Position numbers and translations under genes: made by a program
DNA from: Candidatus Pacebacteria bacterium CG10_big_fil_rev_8_21_14_0_10_44_54
Lineage (GTDB): Bacteria; Patescibacteriota; Microgenomatia; UBA1400; PJMF01
DNA: 64,000 nucleotides
Direction: 5' to 3'
NCBI GenBank assembly: GCA_002772695.1
Contig: PFDI01000001.1
Span: 33,253 to 97,252 of the forward strand
Shown: positions 29,023 to 38,709 of the stretch, piece after piece
How positions within the stretch are numbered: position 1 is the first letter of the stretch
Layout of the letters: the number at the start of each line of letters is the position of its first letter
The notes under the pieces: generated by a model
The model's database searches: none
Told to the model about the DNA's origin: nothing
Seen by the model: the letters and a program-made list of their open reading frames with translations, nothing else

Positions 29023-29592
29023 ATGCATAATTTGCAGACAACTCACTGGATTTTTGCTCGCTGGTATTACACGCTAGCTGCAGCTGCTTTTATCCTATTG
29101 GCGAGCGCTGCAATACTACAGCTTCTCACACCAAAACCAGAAAAAACTGCCACTAGTTTTTCTGCACTCATGCCAGGAAACACCTTTTCGAGTAAAAAAC
29201 AACAAGAGCTTGGAGAGCCTATTGAAAGCGCAATAACCGAACAAGGCGACACAAAATATCTCTATCAATCGAGTTTCGCTGCACTGCCAAACGAGTTGTA
29301 TATTAGTAAAGAAAATAAGGTAGTGTTTATAAAGGAGTTTGTTTTACCAGATCACGAACACACCGTCTCACAATATGCGGCAGAATACGGTGAGCCCGAC
29401 CTGGTTATGTATGACTCTAGCTCGCCCGACTCGGTACGAGCGCATGTATTTTTGGAAGCTGGCTTGGTAGTGGTAGCCCATGTAGACGGCGACATTGTCG
29501 AACAAAAATGGCTTTTTGAACCAACCACGAAAGAGAAGTTTTTGGCAGGATATGGCGATACACTCTCAGAAATTGGCTCTGGACCAGAATAA
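29023..29592 (+). CDS. Membrane-anchored hypothetical protein with two internal repeats
   Basis: N-terminal TM; ELGEP.../EYGEPD... repeats. Confidence 0.6.
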   Translation: MHNLQTTHWIFARWYYTLAAAAFILLASAAILQLLTPKPEKTATSFSALMPGNTFSSKKQQELGEPIESAITEQGDTKYLYQSSFAALPNELYISKENKVVFIKEFVLPDHEHTVSQYAAEYGEPDLVMYDSSSPDSVRAHVFLEAGLVVVAHVDGDIVEQKWLFEPTTKEKFLAGYGDTLSEIGSGPE

Positions 29593-29654
29593 TCAAATGG
29601 TTCTCTATTGATCTTGGCTCTTTGCTTCATTACCTCTACAATGAAATAACCCGT

Positions 29655-30833
29655 ATGCGAGAACATCCGATCCCACAAGACATAACCGGTTACCGCTTTC
29701 ACATCGTTGGCAGCATGACGCTCAAGCAGTTTGGGGAGCTCGCACTTGGCGCCATAATTGCTTTTATTATTTATAGCACCAATCTTTTTCCTGTCATCAA
29801 GTGGCCGCTCATGTTTGTCGCCTTTGGCTTGGGGGCGTTGGCAGCGTTTGTCCCGATCGCAGAGCGTCCAATCGACCACTGGATCATCACGTTTTTTAAA
29901 GTGTTGTACAAGCCAACACAGTACTATTGGAAACGAAAAGAAAAAATTCCCGATGTATTTTTGTTCAAACCAGGCAAAATTACCGAGGCTCCAGAAGATG
30001 AGGTCGACCTCACCCCGCTGCGTCGACAGCGAATTAGAGAATACCTCTCCTCCACACAATACGAGACTCCTAGCGACGACCTATTGGTAGAAGAACGTGC
30101 TCAAATCCAAGAAATTACAAAGTTATTTGGCGCCACCCATGTACGTCCAAAAGATATGTCAAGCACACAGCCAAAAATAACCCAACGACCCAACCTCACA
30201 ACTCGGGTAAGAGAAATGAGACAAGATGCTTCATTTGACCAAGTCTTTACTATATTTTCACAAGGAGATGCTCGGTCCGCACCAGTAGAGAAGGCTCGGG
30301 GCGTGCAAGACTTGGTTCAAGAAACGACTAATAGCAACAAAAAGTCTATGTACCTTACTACAGAACAGGTGGCGCAAAACATAGAAGTGCCCGAAACCGA
30401 CTCTATTGCTGTAGAAAAAAACCAAGCAAACAAATCTCTAGAGAGAGCAACTGCTTCGTCTGCACCAGAAGAGCAGTTTTTTATTGCCGATCAAAGCGAA
30501 GCAGATTCTGGACCTGCCGCAGCGGGAGCGGCCACTTACAACACGAGTCTGCCATTTCCAGACAAACCAAGCGTGCCAAATAAGTTGGTTGGCATGGTTC
30601 TCTCTGCACAAAACGAGCTGATTCCCGACGCAATTGTAGAAATTCGCACAGCAAGCGGCTCGATTGAGCGCGCGGTCAAAAGCAATGCTTTGGGTCAATT
30701 TTTTATTACCACTCCTCTGGCAAACGGCGAGTATGTGATTGAGGCAGAAAAAGATCGGCTGCAATTCCCAGCCCAAAGTTTTGTTTTGACTGGCAAGCCA
30801 GTTGATCCAATCGAAATCAGAAGCAGCGCATAA
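29655..30833 (+). CDS. PrgI-family (VirB3-like) protein with C-terminal carboxypeptidase-regulatory-like domain
   Basis: HPIPQDI...F.IVG.MTLKQF, two TMs, RPIDHW; C-terminal G.V.....IPDAIVEI...SNALGQF...L..GEY.I.AEK. Confidence 0.8.
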   Translation: MREHPIPQDITGYRFHIVGSMTLKQFGELALGAIIAFIIYSTNLFPVIKWPLMFVAFGLGALAAFVPIAERPIDHWIITFFKVLYKPTQYYWKRKEKIPDVFLFKPGKITEAPEDEVDLTPLRRQRIREYLSSTQYETPSDDLLVEERAQIQEITKLFGATHVRPKDMSSTQPKITQRPNLTTRVREMRQDASFDQVFTIFSQGDARSAPVEKARGVQDLVQETTNSNKKSMYLTTEQVAQNIEVPETDSIAVEKNQANKSLERATASSAPEEQFFIADQSEADSGPAAAGAATYNTSLPFPDKPSVPNKLVGMVLSAQNELIPDAIVEIRTASGSIERAVKSNALGQFFITTPLANGEYVIEAEKDRLQFPAQSFVLTGKPVDPIEIRSSA

Positions 30834-30884
30834 CTTGCCGCCTGCCTTGAAACACGCTACGATACTACACAGAGACAAACTTGC

Positions 30885-31916
30885 ATGCCCGATACAATTA
30901 CCACCACCCAATCGTTTTTGGATATTTACGACATCACCAACGACCTACTGTTGATGAAAGACGGCACTACTTCACTAGTGATGATCGTCGACGCGATGAA
31001 CTTTGGCCTGCTTGCAGAATCAGAACAGGACGCCATTATGTATGCCTACGCGGGCCTGCTCAACTCAATCAATTATCCCATTCAAATTGTTATCAACTCG
31101 CGCACCAAAGATGTAACAACCTATCTACATTTACTCGAGCAGCAAGAGTCTGAAACTGCTTCGCCCATTATGCAGGGTCGCATTCGTGCATATCGAGAGT
31201 TTGTTGGCAATCTCATCCACGATCGCAATGTGCTCGACAAAAAGTTTTATGTCGTCATCCCCGCCACTCCGCTAGAGCTCGGTATGATCGCGCCCTCAAG
31301 CGTTCTGCCTGGTAAACAATCGCCGGGGATCGAAAGTATGGAGAGATCTGTTATCATTGAAAAAGCGGTAAACCTGCTTGAGCCAAAACGAGATCATCTT
31401 GCAGCACAGTTTGCGCGAATCGGCCTTTTTTCTCGCCAACTGACTACGCAAGAAATTATCCAATTGTTTTATATCAAGTACAACCCAGAGGCTGCCGAAG
31501 GGCAGCACATCGCTGAAAGTAGTAGTTATAGCGCGCCGCTAGTACACGCGCGCATTCAAGGAGAACATATGGATGCTCCAACACCAACCAACCCAACACC
31601 CACGGCCGTGCCGGAACCAACTGCGACGCCAGTGACTCCGCAGCCAGCTGCTGCAGAACCCACTCCACCAACACCTGTGGCTCAACCTACTTCGCCCACT
31701 CCGCCAGAGCCAGCTGCTGCTACAGCACCTGCTGTATCGCCTGCCCCAACTGCCACAGACGAGAGCGCAATACAAGCAGATCTCAACGCAAGTGTTCAAT
31801 CTATGGGACAGGCGCCAATCACACCAATTCCGCCAGGAGGACCAGCGGCAACAACACCAACTACTCCTGATACTGCGGTTCAACCAGCAACACCCGCGCA
31901 ACTGCCAGAGATTTAG
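30885..31916 (+). CDS. T4SS-associated protein (TraC/VirB4 N-terminal-like) with Pro-rich tail
   Basis: TQSFLDIYDI, NF.LL...EQ.AI...Y..LLNS...PIQI, KKFYVVIP; lies between PrgI and VirB4. Confidence 0.65.
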   Translation: MPDTITTTQSFLDIYDITNDLLLMKDGTTSLVMIVDAMNFGLLAESEQDAIMYAYAGLLNSINYPIQIVINSRTKDVTTYLHLLEQQESETASPIMQGRIRAYREFVGNLIHDRNVLDKKFYVVIPATPLELGMIAPSSVLPGKQSPGIESMERSVIIEKAVNLLEPKRDHLAAQFARIGLFSRQLTTQEIIQLFYIKYNPEAAEGQHIAESSSYSAPLVHARIQGEHMDAPTPTNPTPTAVPEPTATPVTPQPAAAEPTPPTPVAQPTSPTPPEPAAATAPAVSPAPTATDESAIQADLNASVQSMGQAPITPIPPGGPAATTPTTPDTAVQPATPAQLPEI

Positions 31917-31938
31917 GATTTGGCCAATAAACAATACT

Positions 31939-31967
31939 CAACCCACAACTTTCATTGTTGTGGGTTG
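31939..31967. terminator. Perfect 11-bp inverted repeat (terminator or operator) upstream of virB4
   Basis: caacccacaac-tttcatt-gttgtgggttg, ending 5 nt before TACAAT (31973). Confidence 0.55.
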
Positions 31968-31986
31968 TTGCGTACAATAGCTTGTA

Positions 31987-33909
31987 ATGCCCAGTCTAAG
32001 CTCGCTCCTACCATTTGCAAAAAAACCAAAAGAAGCAGATCGCTCTTTGCAAGATAACGCGGCGGCTCGCTCGCTCGAAAAAATTCAAGAATTTTCTCGA
32101 GGTCTAGTGACGATTCAAGATATTATTGCACCCGAGGCTATTGAAGTAGATTTTACCTACCAAAAAATTAATTCTACATACACCCGCACCCTATTTGTGG
32201 CCGGTTATCCCCGCAGTGTTCCAGCAAACTGGCTTGGTCCGCTCATCAATTTTCCCCATCAAATGCACGTCTCTATGTTTATTTTTCCAGTTGATTCTGG
32301 AGAAGTGCTCGACAACCTTAAACGCAAAATTACCGAGATGGAAGCAGAAATTCAATCTGACTTACGAGCGGGCAAAATCAGTAACATCAATACCGAGGTA
32401 AAGCTCGAGGACGCTCGCTTTATTCGCGAAGAGCTCGCCAAAGGTTCGGAGCGGTTTTTTCAATTTGGCTTATATGTCACTGTCACCGCCCAATCACTCG
32501 AAGAGCTGAACCGAGTCACCAAGAGTATTCAATCCTCACTTGGTTCATTGCTTATCGTCTCAAAAAATGCCACTCTCCAAATGGATGAGGGATTCAAAAC
32601 CACACTACCAATGGGTGTTGATAAGCTGCTTGTAACTCGCAATATGGATACCACCTCGCTTGCGACAACCTTTCCTTTTACCTCGTCTGAACTCACGATG
32701 GAGAGCGGCATAATGTATGGGATCAATGAACACAACGACTCGCTTGTCATTTTTGATCGATTTGAAATGGAAAATGCCAATATGATTATTTTTGCCAAAT
32801 CTGGTGCTGGCAAGTCCTACACAGTCAAACTCGAAATTTTGCGTCAACTTATGTTTGGAATTGATGTCATCGTGCTCGACCCAGAGCATGAGTATGAAGA
32901 ATTATCCAAAGCAGTTGGTGGTGAGTACCTCAATTTCACCTTTAGTTCAAAAGCGCGCATCAACCCCTTTGATCTCTCCAATATTTATGAAGAGGGAGAA
33001 AATGAGCTAGGACAAAAAATTATCTCACTCCACGGTTTGCTCAAAGTCATGCTCGGCGAGATGACGCCACAACAAGACGCGCTACTCGATCGAGCGCTTG
33101 TGGCAGCTTACAAAGCCAAAGGAATTACTCCTGATCCTGCCACTCAAACACTCGAGCCACCCCTCATGGAGGATGTATATAAGGCACTCATTGGCATGGA
33201 AAATGAGGATGCCAATAACATTGCTGCACGCCTCGAAAAGTTTATCACCGGCTCATTCCGCGGCATTTTTGATCAACCTTCCAATTTTAATATTACTAAT
33301 CAACTCACTGTTTTTTCGGTCAAAGAAATGGAGGAGGGTCTGCGACCAATTGCTATGTACATAATACTCGACTATATCTGGACAAAAGTAAAGAAAAATC
33401 TCAAAAAGCGAATTTTGGTTATTGATGAAGCCTGGTACTTCATGACAAGCAAAGACTCGGCCTCATTTATTTACTCAATGGTAAAACGAGCCCGCAAGTA
33501 CTACCTTGGTATAACCACTATTACGCAAGATGTTGAAGACTTCGTTTCTAACGACTACGGCAAGGCTATTATCTCTAATGCCTCTATTCAGTTTTTGATG
33601 AAACAATCAACCGCCTCTATTCCTGTTCTGGCCGAAACTTTCTACCTTTCTCAGGGAGAAAGACAACTCCTCATCACCGCCGACATTGGTGAAGGTATCT
33701 TTTTTGCTGGACAAAATCACGTTGCGCTTCGTGTGGTGGCCTCGCCAGAAGAGCACGGGATTATTACTACCAATCCGGAAGAGATTCTTAGAAAAAACAA
33801 ACAACGCACGCTTGTTGCTTCCCAAGAAGCAACCAATCAAAATAAATCGCCAGTTACACAAGAAAGTCTGTCGAGTAGTATTGATGACTATTCCCCGCCC
33901 CCAAACTAA
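31987..33909 (+). CDS. VirB4-like T4SS ATPase
   Basis: Walker A AKSGAGKS, LDPEHEY, INPFD, Walker B VIDEAW, RARKY, ITQDVEDF. Confidence 0.88.
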   Translation: MPSLSSLLPFAKKPKEADRSLQDNAAARSLEKIQEFSRGLVTIQDIIAPEAIEVDFTYQKINSTYTRTLFVAGYPRSVPANWLGPLINFPHQMHVSMFIFPVDSGEVLDNLKRKITEMEAEIQSDLRAGKISNINTEVKLEDARFIREELAKGSERFFQFGLYVTVTAQSLEELNRVTKSIQSSLGSLLIVSKNATLQMDEGFKTTLPMGVDKLLVTRNMDTTSLATTFPFTSSELTMESGIMYGINEHNDSLVIFDRFEMENANMIIFAKSGAGKSYTVKLEILRQLMFGIDVIVLDPEHEYEELSKAVGGEYLNFTFSSKARINPFDLSNIYEEGENELGQKIISLHGLLKVMLGEMTPQQDALLDRALVAAYKAKGITPDPATQTLEPPLMEDVYKALIGMENEDANNIAARLEKFITGSFRGIFDQPSNFNITNQLTVFSVKEMEEGLRPIAMYIILDYIWTKVKKNLKKRILVIDEAWYFMTSKDSASFIYSMVKRARKYYLGITTITQDVEDFVSNDYGKAIISNASIQFLMKQSTASIPVLAETFYLSQGERQLLITADIGEGIFFAGQNHVALRVVASPEEHGIITTNPEEILRKNKQRTLVASQEATNQNKSPVTQESLSSSIDDYSPPPN

Positions 33910-33932
33910 CACTCGTTTTCTCACTTGCTAAT

Positions 33933-33953
33933 TGTGGAAAAGACTGTGTATAA
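33933..33953 (-). promoter_or_regulatory. Two DnaA boxes upstream of dnaA
   Basis: TTTTCCACA (33933-33941) and TTATACACA (33945-33953) on the minus strand. Confidence 0.75.
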
Positions 33954-33976
33954 CTAAGTGCTCTGCCCCAGTTATT

Positions 33977-35458
33977 ATGGAATCTCGTACGCTCTCACCA
34001 GAAGAAACTTCGCGCGTGTGGCAACAATGTTGTGCACAACTCAAAAAAGACCTAAGTGCGGCTGTTTATAACACGTGGATTGTGGCAAATCCTCTTACCC
34101 ACCTAGAATATATTGATCTGTCTCGGGCAGTTGCAAACATTACAAGCCCAACGGCATTTCACTCAACCAATGTCAAAAAAAACTTTCATACCCAATTAAC
34201 ACAAACTTTGTCTGAACTCACTCAAAGACAAGTAGAAATTTCCTACTACATTGGTTCGCTGCCACAAAACACTGCTGGAGTAATAAAAACAATTAAACCG
34301 GGCAACAACCCTTCCTCAAGACCAATCCTCACCAAACCAGAGTTTTCGCCGTCTCCTCGAGTTGAAGAGCTCTTTTCTCCAAATACAATCGAGTCTGCTG
34401 GTGTGGATCGGATTGCACTAAAAAGTAAACAAATTGGTTTGCGTACCGACTTCACGTTTGAAACTTTTGCCGTCTCAACAAGTAATGAAATGGCACACGC
34501 AGCGGCTACAGCAGTCTCAAATCAGCCAGGAAGCTCTTATAACCCCCTCTTTCTTTATGGTGGCGTCGGCGTCGGCAAAACCCACCTGATGCATGCTATT
34601 GCCAATAATATTCTACAAACAAACCCACAGTCTCGCATGATTTACTGCACTGGTGAGGAGTTTACTAATGAAATTGTTCAGGCGATTCAAACTAAAAGAG
34701 CGGGTGTTTTCAAAGATCGCTATCGCTCAGCACAAGTTTTGCTTATTGATGATATCCAGTTTATCGCTGGAAAAAATGCAGTACAGGAAGAATTTTTTCA
34801 CACGTTCAACGCCCTAACCAAAAAAAGTCATCAAATTGTGCTCACCTCAGACCGACCCCCACAAGAAATTCGACTACTCGAAGATAGGCTGCGGTCGAGA
34901 TTTGAAGCCGGACTTATGATTGATATCCAAGAACCGTCGTTTGAACTGCGAACGGCCATAATTTTACTCAAAAGCCAAGCTCAAAATATAACAATTTCCA
35001 TTGATCTTGCCAAAAAAATTGCTGAAACTGTTGATTCTGCTCGAAGAATTGAGGGTATTATCACCCTGATTCGATCGGCGGTTGAGTTGCAAGGTCGAAA
35101 AATTGATCTTGAACTAATCGAACAGATTATAAAAACTTCCCAACCACTTGAGCAGCGAGGCGTGCTGAAAAAATCTCCTAGTGAAGTCATCAAAACTGTC
35201 GCGACTCACTTTTCTGTCAAACAATTAGCAATCAAAGGCAAAAGTAGAGTAAAGAATCTGGTTACAGCGCGTCATATTGCTATGTATCTTCTCAAAACAG
35301 AGCTTTCACTCCCATTAGTAGAAATTGGTCGTTGGTTTGCAAACCGTGATCACACAAGCGTACTACATGCCGTCAAAAAAATTGAAGCAGAACTCTTGCG
35401 AGACACACAATTACAGCGAGAAATATCATTTATTCGCAAGTCTCTTCAAACCACCTAG
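33977..35458 (+). CDS. dnaA: Chromosomal replication initiator DnaA
   Basis: YNPLFLYGGVGVGKTHL, LLIDDIQF, RLRSRF, RDHTSVLHA. Confidence 0.97.
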   Translation: MESRTLSPEETSRVWQQCCAQLKKDLSAAVYNTWIVANPLTHLEYIDLSRAVANITSPTAFHSTNVKKNFHTQLTQTLSELTQRQVEISYYIGSLPQNTAGVIKTIKPGNNPSSRPILTKPEFSPSPRVEELFSPNTIESAGVDRIALKSKQIGLRTDFTFETFAVSTSNEMAHAAATAVSNQPGSSYNPLFLYGGVGVGKTHLMHAIANNILQTNPQSRMIYCTGEEFTNEIVQAIQTKRAGVFKDRYRSAQVLLIDDIQFIAGKNAVQEEFFHTFNALTKKSHQIVLTSDRPPQEIRLLEDRLRSRFEAGLMIDIQEPSFELRTAIILLKSQAQNITISIDLAKKIAETVDSARRIEGIITLIRSAVELQGRKIDLELIEQIIKTSQPLEQRGVLKKSPSEVIKTVATHFSVKQLAIKGKSRVKNLVTARHIAMYLLKTELSLPLVEIGRWFANRDHTSVLHAVKKIEAELLRDTQLQREISFIRKSLQTT

Positions 35459-35711
35459 TCCTTGTTGATAACTTTGGTGATATCTTTGTATTACTGTTAA
35501 TAAAGTTGGTATAAAAATCGATAATAATTACTACGTGTTCACAAGTACTCACAATTGTTCCCTACAAATTCACAAGCTTTTCCCCGCAGTTGTACATTTG
35601 TTATCCACACCTTACTACTTGGCTAAAACACTCTGTTATACCCAAAGTATCTGCTCTCTACTACTACTATGACTACTAATTAGAACTGGATAAATACAGT
35701 ACAATGCACAC
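35459..35711. other. oriC (DnaA boxes plus DnaA-trio-like repeats)
   Basis: TTATCCACA at 35601-35609, TTATACCCA at 35637-35645, TGTTGATAA at 35463-35471, and a CTA-repeat run at 35658-35678, in the dnaA-dnaN gap. Confidence 0.85.
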
Positions 35712-36815
35712 ATGAAGTTTTTAGTTTCCAAAACAACATTTCACACAACACTACAAAAGTTGCAGCGAGTACTTCCAAATAAACCACAACTACCTACTTT
35801 GGCTGCAATTCATATTTTGGTAAAAAAAAATCGAGTAATACTTACAGCCACAGACCTGTATCTAGGTATTCAAGCGCCACTTGAATCTCAGATTGAATCA
35901 GAGGGAGTGGTTGTAGTGCCGGGTAAGTTACTTCTAGCTGCCGTCAGTTCGTTTCCGGAAGGCGAGATTGTGGTAACAGAAACAGCCGGAACACTAAACC
36001 TAGTGTCTCGCGCAAGTAAGGTGAAGTTGCAAACCCTCTCACTCGAAGAATATCCAGAATTTCCCGAGGTAAGCGGAGAAAGTGTTTTGCTTGCCACAAG
36101 TGATTTACTTTCTGTTGAACAGTATGTACTACCAAGTGTTTCAAAAGACATTACTAGACCAGTGCTCACGGCGGTACAACTCGAATTGACAACAACTACT
36201 TTTCGCGCCGTTGGTACAGATGGTTTTCGTTTATCTGTGTTTGGTACAACCACCGAGTCAGAACACGCAAAGACACTACTAGCCCCCGCCCGTACACTCC
36301 TTGAATATATTAAACTTGCCCAGGCAGAGGAAGTATCCAATGTAGAGCTGCTCGTTTCGAGTAAGCTACAACAAGTATTGGCAAAAATTGGCGACGTATT
36401 GGTATTTTCTCGACTTGTTACGGGGGAGTATCCACCATTCGAACAGATTATTCCCAGTGAAAGTACGACAGAAGTTGTTTGTGAAGCCGATGAGTTGCTC
36501 GAGCAGGTGCGACGAGCACACGTGTTAACCAGCGGTTCTTCACATATAGTGCAGTTTCGTATTTCACCTGAATTAGTTGAGATTTCTACCCCGACGACAA
36601 CAGAGGGCTCGTTTGAAGGAGTGTTAACCTCAGCAAAAGTGACAGGAAATCCATTGAAAATAGCCTTTAATGCTGTGTATTTACTTGATATGTTAAAACA
36701 ATTTTCATCACAAGAATTGCGTCTTGGTATGACTGAGGCACTAAAACCAGTGATTTTTCGCTCTCAAACGCTTTCATCGTTTCTCTACGTCGTTATGCCA
36801 TTTCGAGTGGTATAA
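35712..36815 (+). CDS. dnaN: DNA polymerase III beta clamp
   Basis: [40 protein letters not shown]. Confidence 0.95.
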   Translation: MKFLVSKTTFHTTLQKLQRVLPNKPQLPTLAAIHILVKKNRVILTATDLYLGIQAPLESQIESEGVVVVPGKLLLAAVSSFPEGEIVVTETAGTLNLVSRASKVKLQTLSLEEYPEFPEVSGESVLLATSDLLSVEQYVLPSVSKDITRPVLTAVQLELTTTTFRAVGTDGFRLSVFGTTTESEHAKTLLAPARTLLEYIKLAQAEEVSNVELLVSSKLQQVLAKIGDVLVFSRLVTGEYPPFEQIIPSESTTEVVCEADELLEQVRRAHVLTSGSSHIVQFRISPELVEISTPTTTEGSFEGVLTSAKVTGNPLKIAFNAVYLLDMLKQFSSQELRLGMTEALKPVIFRSQTLSSFLYVVMPFRVV

Positions 36816-36825
36816 TTCGCACTCT

Positions 36826-36966
36826 ATGTCAAAAAGAACTTTTCAACCAAAAAAAAAGAAACGAGTCAGAAAACATGGCTTTTTAGCAAGAATGAGGTCT
36901 ATTGGTGGTAGAGCGACAATCAAGCGACGTCGAGCAAAAGGTCGCAGTTCACTCGCTGTTTCGTAG
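36826..36966 (+). CDS. rpmH: 50S ribosomal protein L34 (not in the ORF track)
   Basis: Translated by hand: [46 protein letters not shown]. Confidence 0.95.
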   Translation: MSKRTFQPKKKKRVRKHGFLARMRSIGGRATIKRRRAKGRSSLAVS

Positions 36967-36969
36967 TTT

Positions 36970-37317
36970 ATGCTTAAAAAACGCAATCGATTGCGCTTGC
37001 GCCAAGAAAAAAACTTTTTTTCTCAAGCAGTCCGTTTTCCTTTGTCCGGATACAGCTTATTTATTCGCAACAAAGTTTGTAAACAACCACAAATTGCGGT
37101 GGTAGTAGGAAAAAAGATAGCGCCGCTCGCTTCGAGAAGACAAGTGATTTTGCGCAAAGCTCGAGTTTGCTGCGGGCGGGCAATTAGAAGTTCTCTACTC
37201 GCTCCGCTAGAGTATGTGCTCGTACTCAAAAAAGAATTTGTTCGATTGCCAGAAAAACAAGTAGTTCAGGAGTTGCAAGAAAAAGCGAACAAGGTATACT
37301 CCTCGACAGGAAAATAA
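36970..37317 (+). CDS. rnpA: Ribonuclease P protein component
   Basis: MLKKRNRL, AVVVGKKIAPLASRR; position after rpmH. Confidence 0.8.
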   Translation: MLKKRNRLRLRQEKNFFSQAVRFPLSGYSLFIRNKVCKQPQIAVVVGKKIAPLASRRQVILRKARVCCGRAIRSSLLAPLEYVLVLKKEFVRLPEKQVVQELQEKANKVYSSTGK

Positions 37318-37499
37318 TGTTGCTTGCGTTCTATTCATTTACCAGAGCATTTCGTCAAGCTGTGCTTACAAGTATGTTTGGCGTGGTAATACCTTGCAAA
37401 CATACACCAACATGTGGGCAGCGCATGCTTGTTGCAGTGCGAACACACTCATGGAGCGCAATGCTCCAGGCAGGAAAACAATTAGTAACTTGTATATAA
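37317..37499 (+). CDS. yidD: Membrane protein insertion efficiency factor YidD-like
   Basis: CKHTPTC motif; lies between rnpA and yidC. Confidence 0.7.
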   Translation: MLLAFYSFTRAFRQAVLTSMFGVVIPCKHTPTCGQRMLVAVRTHSWSAMLQAGKQLVTCI

Positions 37500-37504
37500 C
37501 TTTT

Positions 37505-38251
37505 ATGCAGTGGATTACACAACTTTTTACTTTTGGCATCGTTGAGTTTTATACCCTAACCGGCAATCTTGGTTGGGCAATCATTATTTTTACCCTCTTG
37601 TTGAGATCACTACTCTTTCCCCTCAGTCTTTCGTCTCAACGAGCAATGCAAAAAATGCGCGAGCTTCAGCCAGCACTCGACAAACTCAAAACAAAGCATG
37701 GCAAAGATAAAAAAGCTATACAGCAAGCACAACTTGAGTTATACCAAAAAAATAAAGTTAATCCAGTAGCCGGTTGCATTCCTCAAATTATCCAGCTGGT
37801 TATTCTGATTGTTTTATATAGGTTTTTCCTCGATTTTCTTGGCCATGATGTTAGTAATGGCGTGACGATCAACCCAACTTTTTATTGGCTCGATCTGCGT
37901 CATCCCGACTCACTGTACATTTTGCCGATACTTGCAGGATTAACACAATTGGTGTTGTCGCTTATGATGGCGCCGCTCAAGAGTCCTGAAGCCAAAAAGC
38001 ACAAGTCGACCAAAAAAGAGCCGGCTCCAGAAGGTATTGCAGATATGGCACAAACCATGCAGAAGCAAATGGTTTTTATGATGCCGCTGTTTACTGCTTT
38101 TATTGCGCTACAGTTTCCATCAGGGCTCGCGCTTTACTGGGTTGTAACGACTATTTTTAGTATTATTCAGCAGTATTATGTTTCAGGTTTTGATAGTCTA
38201 AAGCAACAAGTGTCTGGAGCACTACAGAAGATACAAGGAGCTAGATCATGA
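37505..38251 (+). CDS. yidC: Membrane protein insertase YidC
   Basis: GWAIIIFTLLLR, ELYQKNKVNPVAGC, PSGLALYW. Confidence 0.92.
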   Translation: MQWITQLFTFGIVEFYTLTGNLGWAIIIFTLLLRSLLFPLSLSSQRAMQKMRELQPALDKLKTKHGKDKKAIQQAQLELYQKNKVNPVAGCIPQIIQLVILIVLYRFFLDFLGHDVSNGVTINPTFYWLDLRHPDSLYILPILAGLTQLVLSLMMAPLKSPEAKKHKSTKKEPAPEGIADMAQTMQKQMVFMMPLFTAFIALQFPSGLALYWVVTTIFSIIQQYYVSGFDSLKQQVSGALQKIQGARS

Positions 38252-38709
38252 CGACAAAAACTTTTTTGACACAACTTTGTGAACATTGTGGACTAACCAC
38301 AGACTCTGTCTCGTATTCCGAAGAGCAGGTTGAAAATACTAAAAAAATTACACTCACTGTTCCCGAAGAAGACTCGGGCTTATTCATCGGCTTTCACGGC
38401 GAGACACTCGACTCACTACAACGATTATTGCGCATAATTTTTCAGGAATCTGCAGATGAAAAAATTATTGTAAACATAAATGATTATCGCCAACAACGAG
38501 AGACACACCTACAAGAATTGACAAAATTAGCGGTTGAGCGAGTGTTGCAAGGTGAGTCGGTGTACACTTTTCATTCTTATTTACCAGCTTATGAGCGATT
38601 TATTATTCATACTGCCTTGGCGGAAATCCCGGAGGCAGCAGAATTAGAAAGCGTTTCGACTGGCAGTGGTAGAGACCGACGGCTGAGTATCCAGCGCAAA
38701 CAAGCATGA
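38248..38709 (+). CDS. jag: Jag/EloR-like KH-R3H RNA-binding protein
   Basis: IGFHGETLDSLQ, ERFIIH, STGSGRDR. Confidence 0.85.
   Translation: MTTKTFLTQLCEHCGLTTDSVSYSEEQVENTKKITLTVPEEDSGLFIGFHGETLDSLQRLLRIIFQESADEKIIVNINDYRQQRETHLQELTKLAVERVLQGESVYTFHSYLPAYERFIIHTALAEIPEAAELESVSTGSGRDRRLSIQRKQA

Noticed and set aside
31570-31910. Pro/Thr/Ala low-complexity repeats (also 48970-49200 and 60330-60380)
   Set aside because: These are coding linkers without regular nucleotide periodicity, apart from one short duplicated GGDEEG unit.
1-33909. Active integrative conjugative element
   Set aside because: No relaxase, coupling protein, integrase or bounding att sites in the window, and the T4SS-like genes are interleaved with housekeeping genes.
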